UHGV virus genome: UHGV-0007810
Strand: one strand, 5' to 3'
Origin: a virus
DNA length: 41,346 nt
A program made the translations under genes and the position numbers. Each line of letters starts with the position of its first letter. The first letter of the stretch is position 1. Positions 34,482 through 41,346 of this stretch are shown piece by piece. The notes beneath the pieces were generated by a model. The model had not been told where the DNA came from. It saw only the letters and a program-made list of their open reading frames with translations, and made no database searches.

Positions 34482-37109
34482 ATGACGGTCTCAACCGAAG
34501 TTGACCACAACGAATACACAGGTAACGGCGTTACGACATCATTTCCGTATACCTTCCGTATTTTCAAAAAATCCGACCTGGTTGTTCAGGTGTCTGACCT
34601 TAACGGTAACGTAACAGAACTAGTGCTGGATGCTGGTTATACAGTAACAGGGGCGGGAACTTATAGTGGCGGTGCAGTGGTTCTTCCGTCGCCGCTTGCT
34701 GCTGGCTGGCGAATCACGATAGAGCGTGTGCTTGATGTGGTGCAGGAGACTGATCTTCGCAATCAGGGAAAATTTTTCCCCGAAGTTCATGAAGATGCAT
34801 TTGACTACCTGACGATGCTGATCCAGCGATGTTTTGGGTGGTTCAGACGTGCATTGATGAAACCATCTTTGCTTGCAAAATATTACGATGCAAAGCAAAA
34901 CAGAATTTCCAATTTGGCCGATCCGAAGAACTCTCAGGATGCTGTAACAAAAAAATATGTGCAAGACTTATATAGTGGGGTAGTTAGGCCTGATAACATC
35001 GACAACGCAATGTATGTTACAGATCTCGCTAATGGCAAATATGACAGCTCTCGCTTGGACATGTCTGTCGGGTATGAGATAAAAACCATTTCAAACTTTG
35101 TCAGGATTAATGGGGCTGTTTATCGTGTTACTCCTGCTGCAGTCGGCATAGTGACAGAAATAACCTCGCGTTACATTTTGGCCGGAGGGAAAAAAAGCTA
35201 CCTGTCTCATATTTCCAGGCATGTCAGTGGTACGCGTAGGCCGCTGAACTGGAAATTAGAATTCAGCATCATAGACGATGAGATTACCGCAGATCTTAAA
35301 GATCAGTATGGTTACACGACCATGGGATTTCAGGGGATTTACATAGACAGCAATGATGGAATGGTATACATCGGCTGGCAGACGCTAGACCCCGCATCGG
35401 TATGGGTTACGGTGCATGACTGGGTAACAGGAGCATTGGTAACACGTCTTCATTTTCCGAATAACGTTGGTGCACCAGAAGGCATCCACGTTTACCGAGT
35501 GGCAGGACAGCGTTACATCCTGCTGCCGTACAGCCCATCTCGCACTATCAGAATTTACCCTATCGAAGATCCGCGTACGCTGGTTGATAAAACGCAGATT
35601 ACAAACTTCACTGAATCAACACGCCTTGGAGTGCGATATCAGTTTAGTGGCTTTGGTAATACCCTGATATACGAAAATGCGGATATGGGTTGGCCGAAAA
35701 TTTTTGATGTTGAGACAGGTGTATCCAATATCTTTAACACACTGGATATTAACAGCCTTATAGAAGGATCTTACAGTCCAATGGGGACTATTACGGTTGA
35801 TGCAAATGTTGGAGGTCGCGGAGCCGGTAAACCAAAACGGCAGGGTGTCGCTCTTGGTTCTCAACGGATATTTGCTGGTATTGGTGCATCTACCACGGCG
35901 GGATCTGGAAATACTTTCGCAGGGTTGCAGGGTTATATTGAGTACAGCCTTAATGGTTCAGAATTAGGTCAGTACCTGCTGTCACCTGCAGATTTCAAAA
36001 CATACTGGGATAGTTATTCAGGGAAGAGTGTTTACTCCACTGAAAATGAGGGGGTGCAGTCTTGTGATATTTCTGGCTCTGAGGAATTGTATCTTCTACA
36101 GTCTATTCGCTATGACAATGGGGGCGGATCAAATTATAGGACTTTAAACATCATTCGCGCTAACTGTCCATCTAATGAACCTGGAACAGTAGACATGACT
36201 CCGCTATCCAATGCCTCATCACAGTTATTTAACCCTCGCGGAAGGGTGATTAACGCTGGCCGTCACCCTGTAAACCCGGCTGATGGTATTGCGCTATTTA
36301 CATCGGCACAGGCTATTTGTGACTATTTGCGGAATACAGATGCAGGTAGATATGTGACATATCTTGAACAGGATATGCCACTGTTTGAAGGTGGGCCATC
36401 TGCGCCAGGACAGATGACGCTGCCAGCATTCTGCCTATTGCAGATCGACTTCATCAACGGCGATACCTGGGAAATTACAGTTAATGGAACTAACAGGGCT
36501 AATAATTATACAGGAAGGATTTCCAAAAACGGCGGGTACAACTCTTTTACTAAGGTGTCCTCCCGCAGCATGTCGATTCTCGGATCCCCTGGTCTGGTTG
36601 ATGTATCAATTCGCTCACCTAACTCACTAAATCTTCCAGAATTTGCTGGAGACTGGTCTACTGGTGTAAGTATAGGAGCTGCAGGTGGGGTGACAAACTG
36701 GCAGCCAGAAGGAACAGGTAACGGAGCATTATGGGAGTCAGGATATGCAAAAAACCGTGTGTTGCAGATATTCATGTCCACAACATCAAAGCTGTTCTTC
36801 CGCTACGCAGACGATGCTATTCGCGCAGGTAACACAGGCTGGGCTGAGGCATGGTCGTCGCTGAACACGACCGTCGATTCAAGTGGTTTCATCAAAAAAG
36901 CCTCTCCGGTTGTGAAGATTTTCTCAGACGGTAGTAGTGAAACAAATCGCGAATCAGATGGGGTAACCGTCACACGGCTGGCATTGGGTGAATATCTGAT
37001 TGAGGGTTGCGTAGGTCTGAATGCAGATGCTTCATGGGGGGGGATTGATGGTGGATTTGAAATACCGCAGGACCGAAACAAGCAGCCGCTCATCGGATTA
37101 TGTTGTTAA
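34482..37109 (+). CDS. Tail fibre / tailspike protein
   Basis: 875 aa; GGAG Shine-Dalgarno; N-terminal ~150 aa resemble the T7 gp17 virion-attachment domain as recalled (YTGNGVTTSFPYTF..., ISNLADPKNSQDAVTKKYVQ). Confidence 0.75.
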   Translation: MTVSTEVDHNEYTGNGVTTSFPYTFRIFKKSDLVVQVSDLNGNVTELVLDAGYTVTGAGTYSGGAVVLPSPLAAGWRITIERVLDVVQETDLRNQGKFFPEVHEDAFDYLTMLIQRCFGWFRRALMKPSLLAKYYDAKQNRISNLADPKNSQDAVTKKYVQDLYSGVVRPDNIDNAMYVTDLANGKYDSSRLDMSVGYEIKTISNFVRINGAVYRVTPAAVGIVTEITSRYILAGGKKSYLSHISRHVSGTRRPLNWKLEFSIIDDEITADLKDQYGYTTMGFQGIYIDSNDGMVYIGWQTLDPASVWVTVHDWVTGALVTRLHFPNNVGAPEGIHVYRVAGQRYILLPYSPSRTIRIYPIEDPRTLVDKTQITNFTESTRLGVRYQFSGFGNTLIYENADMGWPKIFDVETGVSNIFNTLDINSLIEGSYSPMGTITVDANVGGRGAGKPKRQGVALGSQRIFAGIGASTTAGSGNTFAGLQGYIEYSLNGSELGQYLLSPADFKTYWDSYSGKSVYSTENEGVQSCDISGSEELYLLQSIRYDNGGGSNYRTLNIIRANCPSNEPGTVDMTPLSNASSQLFNPRGRVINAGRHPVNPADGIALFTSAQAICDYLRNTDAGRYVTYLEQDMPLFEGGPSAPGQMTLPAFCLLQIDFINGDTWEITVNGTNRANNYTGRISKNGGYNSFTKVSSRSMSILGSPGLVDVSIRSPNSLNLPEFAGDWSTGVSIGAAGGVTNWQPEGTGNGALWESGYAKNRVLQIFMSTTSKLFFRYADDAIRAGNTGWAEAWSSLNTTVDSSGFIKKASPVVKIFSDGSSETNRESDGVTVTRLALGEYLIEGCVGLNADASWGGIDGGFEIPQDRNKQPLIGLCC
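37036..37043. repeat. G8 homopolymer near the tail-fibre 3' end
   Basis: Eight consecutive G, 66 nt before the tail-fibre stop, where a +1-frame ORF begins. Confidence 0.9.
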
Positions 37110-37326
37110 CCAAGATGGATCTGTGTTGGTGAAAACGTTTCACCGCACTCATGATAACTCGCCCGTTTTTGCACGTAACGACATCCCTGGTGTTTCGAAC
37201 GGTGACCCGATCGACATTCCTGCTAATCAATTCGTTTCTGTGCGAGTACAGATGCCTGAGGATTCTGCATGGAATAAGCTTAAGGAACAACTCAATAAGG
37301 CTGAACCAATGGAAAAAAATAAGTAA
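37048..37326 (+). CDS. Hypothetical ORF in the +1 frame overlapping the tail-fibre 3' end (separate gene or frameshifted continuation)
   Basis: About 92 aa; begins right after the G8 tract and overlaps the tail-fibre gene by 62 nt. Confidence 0.3.
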   Translation: MVDLKYRRTETSSRSSDYVVNQDGSVLVKTFHRTHDNSPVFARNDIPGVSNGDPIDIPANQFVSVRVQMPEDSAWNKLKEQLNKAEPMEKNK

Positions 37327-37483
37327 TTATTTTCCATATCAGGCATGGCGGAGAAATCATAAGTTTAGTAATTACCACGGCAAGGACGCCACTTATCAAC
37401 AATGTAATTATCATTTAATTCTCTTGACATCCTCTACGCCAAGAAGAACTAGTTTTTACGGCGCACCGGATAAATACGAATAA

Positions 37484-37536
37484 TCAAGAATAATATTGAG
37501 TAATAATTATTCTTATATGGTTTGTTGTGTATAATT
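37484..37536 (+). promoter_or_regulatory. AT-rich inverted repeat and candidate sigma70-like promoter for the lysis cassette
   Basis: AAGAATAATATT...AATTATTCTT inverted repeat; TATAAT at 37530-37535 with a weak -35 (TTATTC) 17 bp upstream. Confidence 0.3.
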
Positions 37537-37571
37537 AGCTGACAGTTTAAGTGGATCTGTATATACAAAAT

Positions 37572-37988
37572 ATGGTGCACATTATGTCAGCTCAACTAAC
37601 TAGTGAATCTTTAAATCAATGGCTTAGCATGAGTTCTCTTGCTGCGGTTATAGCAGGAGTTCCTCCTGAGGTTGCTTTAGGGTCTTTGGCTGGTGCGGTA
37701 ATTTTTGTTACCTCTGCGGTAGAGTACCCAATTCATCGTCGCGTACTCTTATCGATGCTTAGCTTTCTCTGCGGCCTTCTTTTTTATAAACCAGCAGCAT
37801 CAATTCTTATCGGCATAGCCAGCCTGATCCCTACTATCACGCAGGACTCTTTTGAAAAAGGGATTGTTTTCTCTGCTGGCGCATTCGTGTCAGCAATTGT
37901 TGCTGTGCGTATTGGTATATGGCTCTACCACCGTTCCGATAATCCACGCGAGTTAATTCCGGGGAGAAAAGACGATGGTAACGCATGA
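37572..37988 (+). CDS. Holin (putative, multi-TM), possible dual start
   Basis: 3-4 hydrophobic helices; two in-frame ATGs separated by three codons (M-V-H-I-M), reminiscent of holin/antiholin dual-start motifs; start uncertain (ORF track gives GTG 37551). Confidence 0.5.
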   Translation: MVHIMSAQLTSESLNQWLSMSSLAAVIAGVPPEVALGSLAGAVIFVTSAVEYPIHRRVLLSMLSFLCGLLFYKPAASILIGIASLIPTITQDSFEKGIVFSAGAFVSAIVAVRIGIWLYHRSDNPRELIPGRKDDGNA

Positions 37989-38283
37989 GTTTTTTTTGCT
38001 TATCACCAATGCAGTTATTTGTACTGGCATAGCAATTCGCGTTGTCACATTCCGGCGTAACGGATCTCAACATCGAAGATGGGGGGGGTGGCTTGCTTAT
38101 TTCCTGATTGTTGCTGCGGCCAGTATTCCGGTTCGTGTTGCCTATGCAATCTGGTTCCGCACGCCAATGGCTGTGGATTTATCTGAGGTCATTATCAACG
38201 CTGTCATGCTCGCTGCGGTTATTAAAACGCGCGGTAACGTCGTTCAAATTTTCAAAGTATCGAGGTCTAAACATGGAGATTAA
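37975..38283 (+). CDS. Second small membrane protein of the lysis cassette (holin/antiholin-like)
   Basis: 102 aa with 2-3 TM segments; GGAG Shine-Dalgarno; its end overlaps the endolysin start; contains a G8 tract. Confidence 0.45.
   Translation: MVTHEFFLLITNAVICTGIAIRVVTFRRNGSQHRRWGGWLAYFLIVAAASIPVRVAYAIWFRTPMAVDLSEVIINAVMLAAVIKTRGNVVQIFKVSRSKHGD
38081..38088. repeat. G8 homopolymer inside the lysis-cassette membrane-protein gene
   Basis: Eight consecutive G, in frame. Confidence 0.9.
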
Positions 38284-38902
38284 ACAATTCCAGCGAGCTG
38301 CTGGTATCAGCGAGGCGCTGGCTGCACGCTGGTTCTCGTATATAACTTCTGCGATGAGAGAGTTTGGTATCAGCAAACCAGAAGATCAGGCTATGTTTAT
38401 TGCTCAGGTCGGGCATGAGTCTGGAGGCTTCACCAGGTTGCAGGAGAATTTCAATTACAGCGTCACCGGACTGGCTAACTTCGTTCGTGCCGGTCGTCTC
38501 ACTCAGGGACAGGCCAACGCACTGGGTCGCCGTGCTGGTGAACCGCCATTACCACTCGAGCGCCAGCGTGCGATCGCAAATCTGGTGTACAGCAAACGCA
38601 TGGGGAACAATGCCCCCGGCGATGGCTGGAATTACCGAGGTCGCGGACTTATCCAGATTACCGGTTTGAATAACTATCGTGATTGCGGAAACGGCCTGAA
38701 AGTGGACCTGCTGGAGAATCCTGAACTGTTGGCGCAGGACGAATACGCGGCTCGTAGCGCGGCGTGGTTCTTCTCCAGCAAAGGCTGCATGAAGTATACC
38801 GGAGATATTGCACGTGTAACTCTGCTTATCAATGGTGGCCGGAACGGCATTGATGACCGGCGCGCGCGATACATCACTGCCAGTAAGGTGCTGGCGGTAT
38901 GA
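38273..38902 (+). CDS. Endolysin, glycoside hydrolase family 19 (chitinase-like)
   Basis: About 209 aa; motifs [13 protein letters not shown] and [11 protein letters not shown] are characteristic of phage GH19 endolysins; no N-terminal signal-anchor. Confidence 0.8.
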   Translation: MEIKQFQRAAGISEALAARWFSYITSAMREFGISKPEDQAMFIAQVGHESGGFTRLQENFNYSVTGLANFVRAGRLTQGQANALGRRAGEPPLPLERQRAIANLVYSKRMGNNAPGDGWNYRGRGLIQITGLNNYRDCGNGLKVDLLENPELLAQDEYAARSAAWFFSSKGCMKYTGDIARVTLLINGGRNGIDDRRARYITASKVLAV

Positions 38903-39381
38903 TCTGGGCATTCGCAAAAGCATACTGGAAACAGTTGGTTATCATGGCGATGTTTGCTGTTCTGGTCATATCAGGAGTTGTAGCCTGGAATGCACACGGC
39001 AGTCGTCAGTACGATGCCGGGTATGCACAGGCGAAAGAAGACCGCAAAACCGAAGATGAGAGAATTCGTCAGCACTACGAACAGGAGAAATCGATCAATG
39101 AACGTGAAGCGCAGCAGAGGATCGACCAGGCGCGCAATGATGCTCTTGATGCTGCCGCTCGCGCTGGCCGGTTGCAGCAACAGCTCGTTGCCATCCGTGA
39201 GCAGCTCAGGCACTATAACGCCATTGTCGGCGCTGGGTCGTCAGCCGCAGACACCGGAGTTTTGCTTGCCGACGTGTTCAGCAAATCTCTCGAGAGAAAT
39301 AGACAACTGGCAGAGTATGCTGACCGGGCAGCCGAAGCCGGAAGAGTCTGCGAAAAACAGTACGACACCCTGACCAGATAG
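38899..39381 (+). CDS. i-spanin (Rz-like)
   Basis: 160 aa; N-terminal TM helix then a charged coiled-coil domain; ATGA overlap with the endolysin stop. Confidence 0.7.
   Translation: MIWAFAKAYWKQLVIMAMFAVLVISGVVAWNAHGSRQYDAGYAQAKEDRKTEDERIRQHYEQEKSINEREAQQRIDQARNDALDAAARAGRLQQQLVAIREQLRHYNAIVGAGSSAADTGVLLADVFSKSLERNRQLAEYADRAAEAGRVCEKQYDTLTR
39098..39373 (+). CDS. o-spanin (Rz1-like lipoprotein) embedded in the i-spanin gene in the +1 frame
   Basis: ATG 39098 with AGGAGA upstream; signal peptide with lipobox LALAGC; Pro/Ser-rich mature part; wholly nested. Confidence 0.6.
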   Translation: MNVKRSRGSTRRAMMLLMLPLALAGCSNSSLPSVSSSGTITPLSALGRQPQTPEFCLPTCSANLSREIDNWQSMLTGQPKPEESAKNSTTP

Positions 39382-39536
39382 CATGGCATTTTTCATGGTA
39401 CTTATTTCCGGTGACGGTATATAAAACGGTACGAGAAAAATTCATCTTTGGAAAAATGTTATCACTCAATTGGTTATGGTATCCGTAAATAATTGAGTGG
39501 GAATGATTTTGATCCCTGCACTATGAATGAACAAAA

Positions 39537-39562
39537 CCCTCTGTTACTACAGAGGGTTTTTT
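39537..39562. terminator. Rho-independent terminator after the lysis cassette
   Basis: CCCTCTG-TTACTA-CAGAGGG followed by TTTTTT; same stem as the hairpin at 49-68. Confidence 0.65.
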
Positions 39563-39600
39563 ATCTTCAAGAATTATAGGCTTGAAGTTACTTACATCGA

Positions 39601-40140
39601 TTAATTAAACCAGCTGTCCGATTTGTTCTCTTCTGCTTTGCCCACGCTTTTCATCAGATCGCGACCGCCCTCAGTCATATTCCTGTTTGCGTCAGCTTCA
39701 GATTGCACCACATCGGTTTGCGCAGCTTTGTGCTTCAGTTCCTGATCGATAAATTCGTTTTCTCGCTTAACGCGGGCTTCTTCTTTCGCCAGCGCCAGTT
39801 TTTGTTTCTGAATCTCTAAGCTGCGTAGCTCATCTTCATAACTTTGATCGCGTTTTTTGTCCGCAGTGGCTTCGGCGTCCAGTTTATCCTGACGAGCTTT
39901 CTTATTTGCCGCTGCCGTTGCCGCTCTTTTGTTAGCGGCGGCCTGGGCGTTTGCGCGACGTTGCTTCTCTTGCTGGATTTCCCTGTTGCGCTCCGCGACC
40001 CATTCGTCATGCTGCCTTTGCTCTTCATTTTTACCTTGCTGTTCCGCTTCTGCGACAGCAGAGAGTTGATCCTGCAATGATGAGGCGATAGCCGGATAGC
40101 TTAAGGAGGTTAAGATGGCGCAAAGAAAAACTTTCTTCAT
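39601..40140 (-). CDS. Secreted coiled-coil protein (signal peptide)
   Basis: 179 aa; strong Shine-Dalgarno (AGGAGGAG); N-terminal signal peptide; K/E/Q/A-rich mature part. Confidence 0.6.
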   Translation of the reverse strand: MKKVFLCAILTSLSYPAIASSLQDQLSAVAEAEQQGKNEEQRQHDEWVAERNREIQQEKQRRANAQAAANKRAATAAANKKARQDKLDAEATADKKRDQSYEDELRSLEIQKQKLALAKEEARVKRENEFIDQELKHKAAQTDVVQSEADANRNMTEGGRDLMKSVGKAEENKSDSWFN

Positions 40141-40155
40141 GACTCCTCCTGATCA

Positions 40156-40674
40156 TTAGCTCTTTTCAGGACATTTCGTATTTGGCTGAATACGCGTTTC
40201 GTTATACGTCGTGGTAATAACAACGGCTAAACCTGTCGTAAACTGGCACTCTTTACCCACCTGGGTAGAGGTATACACTTTGGTGCCTTCCTTATACGTT
40301 AGAGAAACACCTTCCACTAAGGTTTTATCATTCACCATAGAACCCGCTGCCGCGCCAACAGCTCCGCCGCCAACTGCACCTGCCGTCGTTCCGGAATTGC
40401 TGCCAGACCCCACGTTGTGGCCGATTACACCGCCAGCGACTGCACCAATAAGCGCGCCGAAGGCTTGTGCGTTCCGTTTATTTTGGGAGTTGTCTACGGC
40501 AACTTTTGCGGGAAGAATGGAAATAATATTAACGGTTTTAGTTTCTTGTTTGGTATTCAGTTGATCGGTTTGATAAACATCGGCGGCATGATCATCAGCA
40601 TTTGACTGGCATCCTGCCAGAGTGAATGACGCTAACATTGCCACAGGCAGAAGACATTTTTTAAATTTCATCAC
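40156..40674 (-). CDS. Outer-membrane lipoprotein with glycine-zipper domain (YcfJ/SlyB-like)
   Basis: 172 aa; lipobox LAGC; GALIGAVAGGVIGHNVG glycine-zipper motif; AT-rich promoter region upstream (40680-40860). Confidence 0.65.
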   Translation of the reverse strand: MMKFKKCLLPVAMLASFTLAGCQSNADDHAADVYQTDQLNTKQETKTVNIISILPAKVAVDNSQNKRNAQAFGALIGAVAGGVIGHNVGSGSNSGTTAGAVGGGAVGAAAGSMVNDKTLVEGVSLTYKEGTKVYTSTQVGKECQFTTGLAVVITTTYNETRIQPNTKCPEKS

Positions 40675-41346
40675 TATTCCTTGTTATACACATTACTAAA
40701 AATAAGACATTTAAGATCATCAAAAGAAGAAAGTAAATGTATTGCGTATAAAGGAATAGATTAAATTTATTAAAATTCATGTGGGAAATAATTTATAAAA
40801 ATACATCATTAAAATATATGTATTAATTTTATATTTATTTCGCAGCCAAACAGGATAAACATCTGTCAGGACAAAGACGTAAAATTTAAGATGAAAGAAT
40901 ATCTGCCGCTTTGATAATCCCAAAGAGCAAAAGCATCCGACAGCGAGGTGCCGTTATGTTCTGTGAAAGTGGAGAAGGTAACCGCTAACGTTGTACCGGT
41001 GATTCGACGGAGAGTGTGGATTGCTGAGCTTCTTTTTTGCTCTGATGGTGCTGCCATGCACCGACGGACGAGTAGATAAAACGGCCAAAGAAGAAGATAA
41101 AGCTGATGAGCAGTACGATACGGGTCATGCGACTGTTAAATCGGTGTCGTTTTCGCATACTGGTTGCCTGACTCACAAAAGGTTCCTTGAAGTATGTCCC
41201 ACGCTGTGGACGGTACTTACATTAAGGCACAACAGGACAAAATGGTCAATTCTTCGTTATGTAAAAAAGCGTCAGTGGATACATATTTTAATGTTATGGA
41301 AGTTAATTTAATTATTTACAATGATGATGTAATAATGATGAATTAA

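Larger units (their letters stand above)
1..39562. mobile_element. Integrated temperate phage (prophage), lambdoid regulatory/replication arm plus podovirus-type structural arm; boundaries approximate
   Basis: Contiguous integrase, repressor/cro, O/P-like, terminases, portal, capsid, ejection proteins, tail fibre and lysis cassette; genes to the right look non-phage. Att sites not identified with certainty. Confidence 0.6.

Noticed and set aside
37556-37574. LexA-box-like sequence CTGTATATACAAAATA before the holin
   Set aside because: Only the first half-site matches; the second half (ACAG) is missing, so it is unlikely to bind LexA.
40866-41346. Overlapping short ORFs on both strands at the right edge
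   Set aside because: Neither has convincing start context or recognisable features and the window ends here; not annotated.
1-41346. CRISPR arrays, insertion sequences/transposases, rRNA genes, phage RNA polymerase
   Set aside because: No spacer-repeat arrays, no transposase-like ORF with terminal inverted repeats, no rRNA-like sequence and no ORF of RNA-polymerase size or motifs were seen on reading both strands.

Overview
Almost the whole window is one integrated temperate phage (roughly 1-39560), followed by about 1.8 kb that looks like flanking DNA (a lipoprotein / secreted-protein operon). All calls below are from reading the sequence and ORF track by eye; no searches were run. Left arm: a P4-type tyrosine integrase, a leftward early operon (MT-A70-type adenine methyltransferase, AlpA-like excisionase, RecT/RecE-like pair), a CI-like repressor divergent from a Cro-like gene, lambda O/P-like replication genes with iteron-like repeats inside the O-like gene, and Ea22/DUF551-type small genes. 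Right arm: small and large terminase, a tRNA-Arg(UCU), a podovirus-type (T7/epsilon15-like) morphogenesis module (portal, scaffold, major capsid, tube proteins, four large internal/ejection proteins, tail fibre with a T7 gp17-like N-terminus), then holin(s), a GH19 endolysin and nested spanins. Most worth a second look: (1) a 15-bp palindrome TTACC-N5-GGTAA at 15 intergenic sites (11 exact), in triplicate between repressor and cro and at most operon starts; (2) a ~3.9 kb accessory island between the ejection genes and the tail fibre, containing an AT-rich YafO-like candidate toxin gene, a Bro-N protein, a membrane-anchored double zinc-ribbon protein, and a small gene behind a near-consensus LexA box that is paralogous to the Bro-N protein C-terminus (candidate SOS-controlled antirepressor for a repressor that lacks a LexA-like cleavage domain); (3) a perfect 12-bp palindrome GTGACATGTCAC three times next to terminators; (4) a G8 homopolymer at the 3' end of the tail-fibre gene where the reading frame switches.
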